Positions 47,901 to 62,131 are shown, counted from the stretch's first letter. The stretch: 64,000 nt of DNA from Stegostoma tigrinum (GCF_030684315.1 NC_081389.1:18915203-18979202); one strand, 5' to 3'. The notes: generated from the sequence alone by a model not told the origin. Made by a program: numbers and translations.

Positions 47901-50900
47901 GGTTTTGTGGACAGTTGACAGTGGTATCGTGATCATCATTGGACTCTCTAATTCCATGTTTTTGTTTTGGTGGGATTTGAGCCTGGTTACCCAGACTGTT
48001 ACCTGGGTCTCTGGATTAACAGTCCAGCAACAATACTACTAGGTAATCACCACCTCAAGTGACTTGTCTCATGTGCCTCCCCACTTGAGCCTTGTAGATG
48101 GTGGACAAGCTTTAGAAAGCCAGGCAGCAAATTATTCGCTTTAGCATTCCTAGCCTCTGACTTATGCTTGTAGTCAAATAACTTGTATGGTGAGCTCAAT
48201 TAGGTTTCTGCTGAATGGTAAACACTGCTGCCGCCACCACTACCAATGCCCAAAAAAAAGAAAAACCAAGGATGTTGATACAAGGGATTCAGTGACAATA
48301 ACCCAGTTGAAATTCAAAGGGCAGTCTTATTGGAGATGGCCATTGCTTTGCATTGTATGGTACGAATGTAACTTGCCATTATTCAGCCCAAATCTGGATA
48401 TTGTCTAAATCTTTGTGTTTGAACACAAATTGCTTCAGTATCTGAGGCGTGGCAGGTTCTGAACATAGTACAATCATCCGCAAATGCCCCCAGTTCTGAC
48501 TGGTGATGGTACAGACATGATTATGAAGATCCATTGGCTGATTTCTCCTTTTTTTTTTATATATAGTACTATCAAAGATGTGAACTTAAAATCAGAAGAA
48601 TAAGCTTAGTATATCTTACCTTGCTGTATAACATAGAGCTCTGTTGGTTGAATGCAAGCTGTTATTCACTTGAATATTACTAGTTTGCAAATAACTTGGT
48701 TAAGGCTGTGATGCTATAAATGTAACCTTAACTAAATGTTTGATTGTTCTGAACAGTGACTGATAATGGTCACTCCCTTGTATTGAAACATGATCTAAAC
48801 TGATTACAAGTTGTAGATTTTGTAAATTGTCATTGGGATAAACCAAGAATGAAATGTTTTTTTAATTGGGGGCTGGTATCTGTGGGACACCTGAATAGCT
48901 AAATTGAGTATATCACATTAAATTCTAGTTGTTTTTGGTAACAGATCAGTCAAGATTCATTGTTTTATTGCAAATAGTTTTTGTTCAGCTACTAATTTAC
49001 TACATTATTCAGAGTGCACATAACTTAATTTCAAAACCATTACATACCATGAATCTGACCTAAATTAAACATGTTGTCACAGCCCTGAGTGGATGCTGGA
49101 AATCTGAAATAAAACCCAAAATTGCTGGAGAGACTCGGTAAGACTGACAGCATCTGCAAAGAGTAATCAAGCTCAAACAGCAGAGACCTGAGTTTCTCAA
49201 GCAATTTATTTATCTTTTTTCTGAATTAATTATGTATGGATTTCCTACAAACTGGCTTTGGTGACAAATCCCAAACACACTTATCAATGTTTTTCTTTTC
49301 AGAAAAGTTAAAACTCAATTTTATTAAATTGACACTTTAGTTGAAAATCTGTACAGCAATAATCTAATCTATAAATTCAGGATTCATAACTATTGAATTA
49401 TCACATTATCTCAAATGGGAAATTGCATCGAGGCTCTTGCTACTTATTTAATTGATTCTCCTGGGCATTCCATATCATGGCAGCAACTAAAAGAAAGCGC
49501 ATTCACCTACTGTTTGACCAATGTTTCTGTCTTAGCTAGTTGCTACCAAAAATACACACTACCTTGTCATTTACCTCAAACTTCATGAATTATATTGTTG
49601 AACATTGGCTGCTGTATTTGGAGATAGTAAGAACGCTGATGTTGGAGTCAGATAAGTGTGGAGCTGGAGGATCACAGCAGGCCAGGCAGCATTAGAGGAG
49701 CAGGAAAGCTGACATTTCAGGTCGGGACCTTTCAGAAAATTCGGAAGAAGGCTGCTGTATTTGTTGTATTACCCGGTGAACTTCCAGTGTGCATTTTGTG
49801 AAGAACAGTGCAGCTGCTTAACTAGCAATGCAGTTCATTTGTATCTTTTCTTTTTGTTTCTTCTTTAGACGCCACCTATTTCGGATACCCAAGTGCTAGC
49901 TGGACAGAAGACCACTCCTTCTCAGCCAGCGATATTACAGCCTACAGTGGAACCCAGTCCACAGGTATGGAGTGATGAGTCTGTGTTTGTTGGTTGAGCA
50001 ATTGGCACTGAGAAATATTATAGAGAAAGTAGACTTTATAGAGACCAACTTAATTTGGTTCAAGTGACATATGAACGCACAACTCAGAAATAAAGCCCAA
50101 AGAACTGCGGATGCTGGAGATCAGGAACAAACACAGAAATTGTTGGAAAAGTTCAGGTCTGGCAGCTTATGCGGAGAGAAAGCAGAACTAATGTTTCTGA
50201 AGAAGGGTCACTGGACTTGAACTGATTGTGTAGCTGAGGAAAAAGTTGGTATCAATGCCAACCATGAGATGAGAGGAGTGACTAGGAATAAATAATGGAA
50301 ATGAAACTGAGAAAAACAGTTAGGCAAAGGAATAGTTAAAAGTCAGCCTGGGATAATAAATTGCTGCTAATGGGGACCATTTGTGCTGGCAGCCCAAGTG
50401 ACGACAAAGCCTGGTGCATGGGATTTGGGGTGAGGATATGCGAAAAAGTGCTCCTGACCTAAAGTTGTTGAACTCAGTATTGAATCTAGAGAAGTGCCAG
50501 GTTCCCAAGAAGAGAATGAGATTCTTCCAGCTTGCTGGAGCACTACAGCAAGCTTGAGACAGAAATGTTGGCCAGGTAACATGATGTGTTTAAAATGGCA
50601 GGCAGCCAGAAGTTCATTGCCCTTTTTGCAGAGAGAACATAAGTGTTCCACAAAACAGCTGCCCAGTCTGTGCTTCATTTCCCCTGTAGATCGCAATGTG
50701 AGTAGTGAATACAGTAGATTAGATGGAGAAAAGTGCGGATAAATTGCTTTTCATCTGAGAGGTGTCTGGGGCCTTGGATGGTGAGGATGGAGGAAGGACA
50801 CACAATTCAAGTCTTTGTCAATTCAATGCAGATTTGAGGTAATGTTAAGTTGCCGGTGGAATAATCTTTCAAATTTGTACTTCAGACTGAGGGTGTCTCT

Positions 50901-53900
50901 CTGCCCAGACTTATGTAAAAGATTCCATGGCATTGTTTTGAAGAAAGGAGAGTTAAACCCTGACCAGCATTTCCTTGTTTTGAAAGCAAGCTGAAACCAT
51001 TTCCTATGAGCAAATTGGTTGGTTTGTTTGCTCCCCACTATGTAACTTTGTTACTGTAGTTCTCAAATATGCTGGGGATCTGATGTGCTAAATTAATGCA
51101 GTTTTATCATTTGAATTACCTGAGTGGTGAAATAATAAGGACAGTTAAAATCTGACTTAATCATTTTACAAATCTTTTTAATAGGTTCATCACTCTTTCC
51201 TTACAGATCATATCAAATTGCACTGTTGTTCAAGTCAATATTTTCTGTTTTGACCACAGTTTTAAGAGCGATTGTTTAAAAAAAAAACTAATCCTAGATT
51301 TGAAATTTCTTCGTGGCTGGATGGACATGTTTTCAGGCCTTTGCTTGTGACATCCTTTAGTTAGGAAATTGATTGGAACAATAGTCTGATGAAATTTGGT
51401 TGCTTGTATGGAGTAGAAAGCAGCATTAATTTTGCAAGAAAACAGTCTTCCAGCTCATCTGACCATTATGTTGCACTATATTACAGCAATGATATTGTGT
51501 CACTGTTCTGCGGGCACACTTACTTGGCGTGGACTCATTTGCATTCATTATTCTTGTTTGGGTTTGAGTTTCTGTGAAGTCAATTTTTTTTAGATTGAGG
51601 ACAGTTATCTGTTATCATTTGGTATTATCAGTATCATCTGAATATGCTGATCTTAATTCCCAATATCCTGAGCTGCTGCACGTAGAAGCATAGAAAATAG
51701 GAGCAAGTATAGGTCCCTTGGTCATTTTGAGCATGATCTGTTGTTCCATATGATCATGTCTGATAATCCAGCTAAGTGCAGTGTTCCTGCATTCTCCCAT
51801 AACATTTGATCCCTTTACATCACAATTGTTATGGTGCAGGGGGTGACCATTTGGCCCACTGTTCCTCTACCAGCCTTTCAATAATCATCGTTATCTGGTG
51901 CCGATGCCTTGAATTTTCACCATGCTCTTGCACCCAATTTCTATCCAACTGATTATCGGATGCTCTTTTGAGTGCCTCAGTTGAACCTGCCTCCACCACA
52001 TTTCCAGGCAGTGCATTCCATAATCCTGTGTAAAAACCTTTTTGTTCTCATAATTAATGCCCAACAGCCCCTCTGACCGTGAAGTTAATGTTTATTTTGA
52101 ATGTTAAATATTTTGGTGTTTTTTGAAAGGTATTTTGTTTAAATAAGATTGAAGCAAAAGTAATGGTAGTCGCTTAGTTTGCAGTCTAAAAATTAAACTT
52201 CAAAGAGAAGAATGTTTTTAATGTTTGGTTTACTGTCTGACACTTGTGTTTTATGTGCTTGCTGAAGTTACTGTAACTGTGCACCAAGATACTCCTTTGT
52301 CTTGGGTGCTGGTTTATATTACCATTGGGAAAAGATAACATCATGGTACAGAGCTTGCTCTATCTTTATGGATAGCTTTGAGGTTTGCTACAAATGTTAT
52401 GCTTTACCATTCCCCTCAACAGTTCAGCCAACAAGTAAGTTGATTGTCACCTTGTACAAATAGGACATAAGGAACTGTGGAGATGTATAGATGGCTCAAA
52501 TGTCAATGTAGTGCCAAAACCATATCCGTGAAGAGGTCAGAGCATCTGTTTGTATGAGGGAATGCTGATGTTGAAATCCATATAATGGAAGGCTGCTCTT
52601 CACTCCCAAGTAGGCATGCCTTGGAGAAATGTTTATTTTTGGATCTGTATTTTAATATTAAAAGTGCACATACTCTTTGAAAGATCCTTTGATTTATCCC
52701 ACAGCTCCATAAATACATGTGATTTCCATATGAAAGTTTAAAAAGTAAACATGTAACCAATTCATGCTGCCAACCTTGCAATCAAAGATCAAGGTGCACT
52801 GTTGCTTTTGTAAATTCACTTTTGTTGCTTTTAATTGCCTGAGAGTGATTGAGATTGAATTACTATCATCATATATATGTTGACATTTTATAAACCATTT
52901 GAGTTTTCAATGTTGCATCACTCAGTTGAAGTAAACTCAGCAAGTTACTATAGGAAAAGTTAGAATTTGGTTAGCATTATTTTAGATAGTACCTTTTAGT
53001 ATTGCCATTAATTTTAAGTTAAGGTCATGCCAGAACGTTATGTTGGTAAAACAAAAGTCTGTCTCAAAAGCTCAGTTCTACTCCAAATTTATATGGGTCT
53101 CATTGGTTTTAAGGCTTATAATCCTTCCCAAACATTGGGTCAGCAGATTATTGTGAAATGATTTTGTGAATGAAGCAGATTTCAATCTGCTCATGTTAAT
53201 ATTTTTGACATTGCATTTACTTGTTTGATTTATTCACATATTGTACTTTCCAGTACCTTTTAAACTTTACATTTTGTTTTTGAGGGTTTGTTTAAAATCT
53301 TGAATATTTTTCACTACTGAAGGCATAATTATTTTTCATCTTGAATAATTCATGCTGATCTTGTGATTATTTTTTTTTTCTTTTTGGGGTTCCAAAAGTC
53401 CGTGGTTGTATACTGTTGGGATTTCAGATTATAATCAGTGCGAACTCTTGAGATGGGCTATTGCAGTCATTGAAGATCATGGAGTCAGACTCTTAAGCTT
53501 GTGTTGCAGATACTACTGTTTCAGCAGGCCAGGAAGTTTTTGACTACTTTATCCAGTCCACTGTCTCCACCAATTAACAATGACAAGTATTCAGAGACCT
53601 GCAGTTTGTTAGGGGGAATTCCTTTCGAATGTAAAGACAAGGTGAGAAGGAAATAGGATCAGGTAGGCAAACTAGCTGTTTCCTGAAAAAAGGTGTTTTT
53701 ATTAGCTCAAATTGTAATGTTATGCTTGTTAATATGTTGTCCCACAAATTGTTCCTTTTCTGTAATCAGTTATTTGAAAAGTACACCTTTATGTGGATCT
53801 TGTTTGTGCGAAGTAACTATTATGGTATCATGGTGGGTATCAACACAAATGCCAAATTAAAATCCTAATACTAAAATCTAATGCTGTTTTTAAATTCAGT

Positions 53901-56900
53901 TTTAGTAGCTTCATCCAAAACATGCAGTTGAATAAGTGTGATACAACAGGGTATTGCCCCTTCCTGTGTTTCCCATCAGGTCTTTTAAATCTGCCACCTC
54001 TAATGAGCACCTTGTACATGGTTGCCTCCATTTAAATTGAAAATTATTTCATGACCATTGTTAATATCATTTTAGTTAGCTATGTAGGAAGAGAAATGTT
54101 ATTCTTCATATTGTAGTTCAACAATGACCATTGCACAAAAATTCAATACATGTTGGACATTTTGAAAGTGAATTGCTTTTCTGTTTTGGCTGTGATTTAT
54201 GCAGTTAAAAACTGCAGTGTTCCCAATTTAGTTCTCACTGTGGGATGCCACGTAAAGCAACCCTTATGTGACCGTAGCAACAAAGCCCTGGTCTTGTCTG
54301 TGCTTCCAAGTGCAAATAAGATGATTTTTATTTTCACATACTATCATTGTTATTTTTGTGTGTTAACTTTTCCTTTGGATCCATCCCTGATTGTCCTTGA
54401 GCTGAGAGACTTGCTAGTCCATTTCAGGGGCTAGTTAACAGTCAACTGCATTGTTCTGAGTTGTGTCTTGCATGTAGGCCAGACCAGGTAATGATGGCAG
54501 ACTTCCTTTCTTAAAAGCAACCTCGTGGACTTTATCGCAACAATAAACTCTAATGGAACTTACGAAGCCTGTCTTTCAATCCCAGTTTTGTTTCTTGAAC
54601 TGGAGTCCTGCCAGTTGGACCAAGTGGAATTTGAACCCATTTCCTAAAGCTTACTGTGACTGTCAAGATTGTTACTCCAGTAACTTTGCCTCTATGCCAT
54701 CATCTATGATCAAAAACTGGGATGAGTTGCCATGTGCTCATTTCACTGTAGAACACTTGCAGTTAGCAGAAAGAGAATTTTGTTGCATTACATCAGTTAG
54801 ATTAGGGCTTTGGCACCAGCCCTTTAGTTCTAATTTTGCATTGTTTGATCAAGCTTTGGTTATGAAAAGTGATGCAAGACAGCAAAGAAGGAATGAAAAA
54901 TGAAGAGTAGTAGTAGTACTGTGTAAGGATTATATAAACTGCTAGTTTGCTGATCATTGTGCTCTTATTGGTCTATGAACCCACTCACCCAAAGCTTTTT
55001 ATCCCAAAATGTTTAAGGGTGCTTTGCCATTAATTACATTTACTTGTGTACTATTCAGGTCAGTGCTACAGCTGCACAGCTGGCACTGCTTCGACAGCAG
55101 GAAGAGCTGGAAAGAAAAGCTGCTGAACTAGACCGCAAAGAGCAAGAACTGAAGAATGAAAGTTACACTTGTAAGAATGTGGGGGCAGATGTGTACGAGG
55201 GTGATGGGTATGCATTAGGTGGGGTGGTAGGTGGTTATCTGGGGATGGCTGTGCAGGAAGCGGGAGGAGTGCACGAGAAGGGAGAGAGTAGTGTGGCTGT
55301 GGAGTTTGTGCAGGAGATAAGATGTGGAATGGGTTTTGCGGAAGGATGGTGTAGGAGGATGTCAAGCTGGGAGGGGAGGGTTAAAGATTATGCAGGTGGG
55401 GTGGCTGGGTTGTTTGAGCCTGCAGAAAGGGTTGGATTATGTGCATGGGGTTGACATTGCATGTTGGGGCGAGGATAAGTCTGTCAGCTAATGACATACC
55501 TATCTCCCCAACTGCCTGCACTTTTTAAAAATATATTGACAAGACTAAAACTCCTTTCCAGAAGCAGTTTTGTAGTTGCAATACCTCCATTGTGCTGTAA
55601 GACTCGTACTACGTTTTGCCTTCTAATTTTTGAGACAAGACCAAAGTAACTTTGAGCTAATTTTCAAAGTGGTTTTGCAGTTGCAAGGCTATTAATACTA
55701 TCTTTAGACCTCTTAAAGAATTGTTGTATTAAGTTAATATAATGAAATAGAATGCCATAGCAAGTTGAATTCTGCCTAACATATCTGTCTGTAAGTGGCA
55801 TTAATAATAATAATTTGTAAAGCTCATCAGATGAAGGGGTCAGTTTACTTGTTTCTCTTTTTAGAATATTCAGAATCTCGGGTCTTCAAAGTACACTTCA
55901 CCTTTAAGCTTAATGTTTGAAAACAAAATTTCTTCATTCCTCCGTACAGCAAAACGAAATAACTGGCCTCCTTTTCCTTCGTTCTGCCCCATCAAACCAT
56001 GCTTCTACCAGGACTTTGCAGCAGAGATCCCATCAGGCTTTCAGAGGACAGTAAAAATGCTATACTACTTGTGGATGTGTAAGTTGCAACCAATGTTTCC
56101 TGCCTTTTTATTTCACCTCATTACTGCAGTATTTTTGTACAACTTCACAATTGTGCATTTTAGAGAGAACACTACGAATTATTGGTATAAGCTAATAAAT
56201 TGAGCTGCAACTTGATTCGAAATCCTTATGTCTCAGATGGTAAAAGACAAACGAGCCAATTAAACAGATGGTGGGTGTTGCGTTGCAGTGTTGGTGTGCA
56301 TTAAGCTAGTCAGTCTAGCCTCAACTCAACGATGTAATTTGGTCAAATTCTGTACTGTTTGAGAAAGAGTTTACAGAATTCAGCTGGAGATGTTTTTAAA
56401 ATGGAGATTTCAAGGTTACGGTTAAAGTTGATTTATACCAAGTTAACTGTCCTCATTGCAAGTCATTGAAATCTTATTTCTTTTTCTTCCAACAGTCCAT
56501 ACTGTCACATTGTTCTTGAACCTCCTCGCTTGCCTGGCTGAGTTTATTAATGATGCAAAATTTGGAGTAGACTTTGGCTTGGCAATCTTATGGTTTTTAC
56601 TCTTCACACCTTGTGCCTTCCTGTGTTGGTATCGGCCAGTTTACAAGGCTTTCAGGTAAAACGTCCTCCAGATTAGAGATGATTTTCTTTTTACTTTGCC
56701 ACTCACCTCGCCGAGAAGGAGTCTGTATCAGAATGCCTAACTTTTGGTTTGTTTGCTGTGCTTATGTAATCCTGTTGTAACATGCAAAATGCCATACGAG
56801 GCAGAGGTTTGACCTCCTGTGACATTGTAAACTGAATGTAGTCTGGGTTAAACCAATTTGGAGGATGGGAGACCACTGGATCTGTGCACAAATGTGTGTA

Positions 56901-59900
56901 AAGGACAATTGAGCTAAAGTATGAAAATGTGAGCACATACAGCATTTTTATATAGATAAATACAAAGGCATCATTCCATAACCTGACATACTAAATTGTT
57001 GTTGGGCCTTTGGCTTAACTTCAGCAAAGCATCCTCTTGCTAGCTATCTCCAAAGGAGGAAGAGTCTGAGGAAAGCCAAATTGGAGCTCCTGTTCATATT
57101 TCATCTTCATTGACAGGATATGAGTGTCGCAAGCTAGGTCAGCATCCCTAACTGCGCCTGAAGGTACTGTTGAGCTGACTACTTGAATCGTTCCTGTTGA
57201 TAGGGAATTGAAACACCTGGAGTATTGGTACTTGGGGAACATTCTGTTGCTCAGGCTTATAGGATCCAACTTCTCTGCTCTTCACTTGCAGAATGATTGT
57301 AGCCTGTTTTCAAGAAAATGATGATTTAAAGTCTAAAACTGCACTCTTCAGTAATGTTAGAAGTTGAACTGGGTATATAACATTCTAATTGATCAAATTA
57401 TGTACAAGGCACAGAACAAAAAGACCATTTGGCCCAGCTGTGTTTGAGCACCCTCCCACCCTATTTCATTTAACTGTAATAGAATATCCTTCTATTCCTT
57501 TCTCCCTCTTGTACTTAAACTTCCTCTTAAGTCTGTTTGATTTGCCTGAACTACTCAATGTGGTAGCCAATTCCACATTCTACTTAACCTCTAGGTGAAG
57601 ATTTTTTTTCTGAAATCTTTATCGTATGTATAACTGCATAGATCACAACTTTGCCCTCTCGTTCTGGATTCTTGCATAAGTGATGACATCTTCTGTAAGG
57701 ATTTATAATGGTTACACCACACCCTAATTGAGAAAAGCCCAACCCTTTCGGACTTTCCGGATTGTTCGTTTCTGTTCTGTTAGTGACCTTTCGTCATTAT
57801 TTTTGGATCAGCTCTCCTGCATGTTTATCACTTGCACTTTTACTTGACTGCTTTCAGGAATGTAAAAACTACAACTTTTTTAAAAATTGTAAAAGACTAA
57901 GATAAGAATGGAAGAGAAAACCTTTGTCTCGAGATTTGAGGCCTAAACTTTAAGTCCAATCTAAGAGTTGAAGGCCAGATGAAATATAACTATGACAATT
58001 TAAATCAAATCTTGAAGTCTGAGATGGAATTAAACTCCATAAATATTTGTGTAAGTATTAATGGCTCTTTCAAAGATACCTTCTAAATCTGCAGCCCACT
58101 TAGTAAAACAAGGGCTGTAGATTCAAGGAGCACAACACCTCCCAAGTTGTTCCTCCAAGCTGCTACTTCATCCTGACTTGGAACTGTATTGCTATTCTTT
58201 GTTGCTGGGTCCTAATCCTGAAACACCCACCCTAATCAAACTGTGGGTCCATCTACACCAAATACACTACAGTGGTTCAAGAAGGCAGCTCACTCACACC
58301 TTGGGGGCCTTTAGGGATGGGTACTATGACAGTGCCAAAGCCATAGGAGGTTATTTTGTCCTGGTCTGTTTTGAGAGATTGAATAAGACATAACAAGCTA
58401 GCTAGTTAAGACAAATTGAGTAAACAGCTTGGGAGGTCTTTGGTTTTTTGTAAATAGCTTGAATGGGTGTGGCTAACTCTAATTAGAGTTCTAGGTAGAA
58501 CCAGAAGCTATTGGGGTCTCAACAGAGATTGAAGCTTAGTGAATGGCTCCTGGCTACTACTGTCTTTGAATTTTCTCAATGTTTTCTTCCTCCAGGATGG
58601 GAGAACTGAATGTGAATCTGTCTGAACTCTCCTCCTTTGCCAAGGGGTGTGTTAATGGGATATTACAATATTGGCATAGTTAATTAGTAATAGTTGCTAT
58701 ATCTGTTATTCTGTTAGGTTTTCCAGTAGAGTTATTTTAAATTCCTTTTTTCTTTGTGTGTTAATGACAGTGTTTAAGTTTGTTTTGCTTAACTTTAAGT
58801 AGTTTTACCAGTTTTACCTTTGCATCTGGAACACAGCACTTTATATTTGCCTTGACAATAAGAAGGTAGCCCAGACCATAACATTTTTAAAAGATATTTT
58901 GAGGGGATCTAGTCTGGTCCATAACAGCATGAACTGTTGGTCCATGTGTATGTGAAATGATATTTCAAAAAATTTATAATACTGGTGTTACTGCAAATTA
59001 TTAACATCTGCCAAAGGTGATTTATTTCACATAACCGAATCAGAGGGGATGGAGATTGATTTCAGAATTGTTTGTGTAAGAAGAAAATCGATGGCAAGAT
59101 GCTGATGTTTGAATGAACTGTGGGAATAGTTAATTGTGTCACAAGAACTTTTTTTACATAAAGATTAATTTTTCTTAAAACTTGTTTTTCAGGTCCGACA
59201 GTTCATTCAACTTCTTTTTCTTCTTCTTTGTGTTCTTCTGTCAAATTGTTCTTTATGTCATTCAGGCAGTCGGCATTCCCAATTGGGGTGTCAGGTAAGT
59301 ATCATTTTGGTACTGAGTGAAAGAAATGTAATTCTCCAGTGTGAGTTTTGTCTTCTGTGAGCTGTCTAGCTTTCTGCATATTCTCTGTACCCTTTCTTCA
59401 ACAGATTCCAGTAGTGTGTATAGACAGTTGATAAGACACATGTCCTGCTGACTATTTTAGCCACTGGAGAGGCATGTATTTCTTCTACTGACCATTCTTT
59501 CCACCCCATGCTTGCAGTTATGTGTTTTTAAACCTCATCAGCGTGCCTTTTCTTTAAGGTCATCTTGGCTCAGGTATCCCAAAACAAGTTTGTCTTTGAC
59601 CCCTTTGTGATGCCCACTTGTAACATTTTCATGGTTGCTGTACTGCTCATTCTTTGCAGCTCTCAAAGCAGGCTCTTCTGTATTGGCTCAAGATGTATGT
59701 TCCTGCAGCTGAATTGCATATACTCTTGGCAGTACAGATGTTTCCTTGCATTGTCTAGTTAAATTGATTTTAATATGAAGTACTTATCAAAAGCAGCCTA
59801 GTCTTGATAACTCACCCAATCTGTCTTTATACGAAGAACCAAATTGAATTACTGTGCAATTTGAATTGGATTTTGGAAATAAAATGGTCATATTCAAAGT

Positions 59901-62131
59901 AGCTGAAGAATTTGTCATCTCGTAATTCTATCTAATTAATTTTGGGTTAGGGAGTACACTTTGCAGAGAGCATTTTATGGTTTGCATTACTCTCCCTCAC
60001 CTTTTATCCTAACTTTGCAGTGCAAAGTGGAAACTTCAGCAGGACCAGGTTGATTTGTGTTCCTGAAATAAAACAGTTCTAATCCGGATTGAGTTCATTG
60101 AACCAAAACCAACTCAATGAAGAATGCAAGTGGAAATGCCAGAGGCAGCATACTAAAACATGAGGTGTCAACCTGATGAAGCTGCAGATCAGGACTACTT
60201 ATGCAAAACTGTTTTTAGTAGCAGGTGATAGCTCTGAGTGAGTCTACAATCAACTTCAATTTGCCAGGCAGTACTGCCACATTACCATTAATAATGGTAG
60301 ACAACTGAAGAATCCACTGGAGGAGGTTGGTCCACAAATGTCACCATCCTCAATGGGGCACTCCTGTGTCAATGCAAAAGATAAGGTTGTGGTATTTACT
60401 GTTAACAGTCTTCAGCCAGAAGTGCTGAGGGAATGATTAATTTTGTGTTCCACTGAATGTCCCAAGATTCACTGCCAGTCTTCAGCCAGTTCAATGCACT
60501 CCACATGATATCAAGAGATGGCTGGAGGCTCTGTACTGCAGTTGTGGGATCATTCAAGTATCTCTTCAGACTGACTGCCAATCTAGGACGTGCAAAGCTG
60601 GGAGAGGCAACTTGATTAATAAGCAGTGATTTCATCACTTGCGAAAGCATTTCAGGCACTACCCTGAGGAGGTATTTCTGGTAGCCCCAAACTTGGAAAT
60701 TTAGTCCAAGATTTGTTGTATTGTAATTTGTATTCTCAATGACTTCAAATTCCAGAAGAGACAGAACTTTAACTTCCTTGCAGTGGTTGCTGAATTGGCA
60801 AAAAAAAATTGCTGTGTTTATAGGGTCTTTAAATGTGACTATCACTCTACATCAACTTAAGTCTTTAAGATTAAGCAAGAAGGCTGCCCTGGAAGGGGGA
60901 GCAAATGCAACTGGACTGAGCCAATGTGAAATGTGTGACTGTGGTCCTGATGCAAAACAAATTGCTGATCTAGTTCAGTGAGCATGGGAGCCTGGAGTAG
61001 TGCACAGATTCCCATGCTGACTTAGTGTCGTATTGAATTTTGAAATTTCGAGGAATGATGATGTGAGAGCGTAATCTGTGTCTAACAGAATCTGAATGGT
61101 GCCACGAGTGAAGGCAGAAATGTTCAAGATGACATTCCCCACACTTATAAATCTGCTCAATTTGAAATTCTTCTCAAACAGGATATTTTTTAATTGCAGG
61201 AGGAGAACAGATTATTTGAAGGACCAACAATGGGAAATTAACTGGCAGTGCCTAATCATTCAAGGAGCAAAGATTCTTGAAGAAAGACCTGATTGAAAGC
61301 AGGTGTATTGACAATAAGGCAGTCAGTGCCACGCTCCAAGAGAAACCCTGTTCTGGTCAGGCTGATCTGGTGCTGCCTTGTAATAGGGCCCATTGCGTGA
61401 ATTAGTGCCTGTAATAGTTTAGTGTGAGCTTGTGTTGTAAACCACTAATCTGTACCAAATTGATTTGTGTTCTCTGTTTTATCTATTATGCCCTAAAATA
61501 ACGCTCAAACTGCACAGAACAACATTTAACTTGATGTTAGCGTCAACTGTTCTGAGATTAACTCTGTCCATGTGTAAGATACAGAAATGCAATCTAGAGC
61601 GTGAGTTTCATTGGGCTGTCGGGACTGACAGTCACTATTTTAAAAAAAAAAATGCACAGTAGGGAGAGGTAACCTGAGTAAAATGTGATTAGATTGCTGA
61701 AGGGAGCAGCTGATGCACTGAATCTGAGGAGAGCTATCTCTGGCACACTGAAATTCAGAATGCCCAGTAACCATGAATCTGTCATCTTCTCTGACTGTGA
61801 CCTATGCACTTAGCAAAAAGAAACTTGCAGCTTGACCTGCTTTTTATAAGATTTCAATAGCTTTTCCCCATACTTCTCTCACTGGCTTATTTTGTTTTTA
61901 TAAATGTGGCATGATCTGCAGTTTTAGTTTTCTAGCCGAAATCATACTTTTTGGCTTCTGTAAAACAATGTTAACTTACCACTAGCTTAACCCATTAATA
62001 TTTCTCTTTTCAGTGGTTGGATTGCAGCACTTAGTTGGACGACAAAAAATCTTGCTGTGGCAGTGGTCATGATGGTAGTAGCAGTATTCTTCACAGTGTG
62101 TGCAGTCTTGTCTTTGTTGCTGGTACAGAGG
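26565..62131 (+). CDS. SCAMP2: Secretory carrier membrane protein 2, exons 1-8 (final exon outside window)
   Basis: Three N-terminal NPF repeats, coiled coil [26 protein letters not shown]-peptide [11 protein letters not shown], four TM segments; head-to-head with MPI as in other vertebrates. Confidence 0.96.
27106..27255. mobile_element. Fold-back pLTR mini-insertion lacking the hammerhead (long arm left, short arm right), 16-bp TSD
   Basis: CACGAAATGTGATCAG at 27090-27105 and 27256-27271. Confidence 0.92.
28147..28263. mobile_element. Fold-back insertion of the 5447-type family: inverted short arm plus forward tail only
   Basis: Homology to 5447-5702; gag(c/t)acttgg at 28137-28146 and 28264-28273. 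Confidence 0.65.
29480..30070 (+). mobile_element. Decayed CR1 LINE 3' fragment
   Basis: [28 protein letters not shown]; tail ctcaaggggctgaatggtctact. Confidence 0.75.
32029..33706. mobile_element. Head-to-head double PLE: minus arm 32029-32660 (short end), plus arm ~32666-33706 (long end), 14-bp TSD
   Basis: ACCATAATTCTGTG at 32015-32028 and 33707-33720; both arms encode GIY-YIG C-terminus; hammerhead core 33581-33608. Confidence 0.93.
34600..34890 (-). mobile_element. Decayed L2 LINE ORF2 3' fragment (similar piece at ~62240-62420 +)
   Basis: GLSHSTL...LADLHWL...[12 protein letters not shown] resembles the L2 ORF2 C-terminus. Confidence 0.6.
36480..38570 (-). mobile_element. Decayed CR1 LINE
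   Basis: [45 protein letters not shown] segments; CR1 tail at the left end. Confidence 0.85.
39370..39988 (+). mobile_element. Neptune-type PLE 3' fragment, short 3' end, deletion in the hammerhead core
   Basis: [16 protein letters not shown]...; ctgatgggtctaggcccgaaacgtc. Confidence 0.9.
41484..42952 (+). mobile_element. Young 5'-truncated Neptune-type PLE; uninterrupted frame 41514-42635 (RT C-terminus/thumb, Cys linker, GIY-YIG); short 3' end
   Basis: [57 protein letters not shown] with no stop; hammerhead core 42860-42887. Confidence 0.95.
45885..45965 (+). CDS. SCAMP2: SCAMP2 exon 2 ([27 protein letters not shown])
   Basis: ctcag|GAT and CTG|gtaagt. Confidence 0.95.
49869..49964 (+). 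CDS. SCAMP2: SCAMP2 exon 3 (TPPISDTQ...[15 protein letters not shown])
   Basis: Polypyrimidine tract, ttag|ACG and CAG|gtatgg. Confidence 0.92.
50085..50790 (-). mobile_element. Old, divergent PLE 3' fragment (further family)
   Basis: [16 protein letters not shown]...ACHF GIY-YIG remnant plus pLTR-like end (related pLTR pieces near 20480-20615, 27460-27545, 43503-43622, 49090-49210). Confidence 0.7.
55059..55170 (+). CDS. SCAMP2: SCAMP2 exon 4 ([24 protein letters not shown]...)
   Basis: ttcag|GTC and T|gtaaga, phase 1. Confidence 0.94.
55950..56078 (+). CDS. SCAMP2: SCAMP2 exon 5 ([22 protein letters not shown]...YYLWM)
   Basis: acag|CA and T|gtaagt, 129 nt. Confidence 0.96.
56496..56655 (+). 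CDS. SCAMP2: SCAMP2 exon 6 ([13 protein letters not shown]...[11 protein letters not shown])
   Basis: acag|TC and AG|gtaaaa, 160 nt. Confidence 0.96.
58322..58926. mobile_element. Possible solo LTR interrupting an older LINE tail
   Basis: Ends in ...ccataaca and begins with degenerate tactatgac; flanks join as agggatgg-gcatgaa like the common LINE tail. Confidence 0.4.
59193..59294 (+). CDS. SCAMP2: SCAMP2 exon 7 ([17 protein letters not shown]...GIPNWGVS)
   Basis: ttcag|G and AG|gtaagt, 102 nt. Confidence 0.96.
62014..62131 (+). CDS. SCAMP2: SCAMP2 exon 8 (GWIAALSW...VLSLLLVQR)
   Basis: ttcag|T and AGG|gtaagc, 118 nt. Confidence 0.95.

Noticed and set aside
55171-55454. Open frame continuing past SCAMP2 exon 4
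   Set aside because: G/T-rich low-complexity intron behind a good gtaaga donor whose phase fits exon 5.
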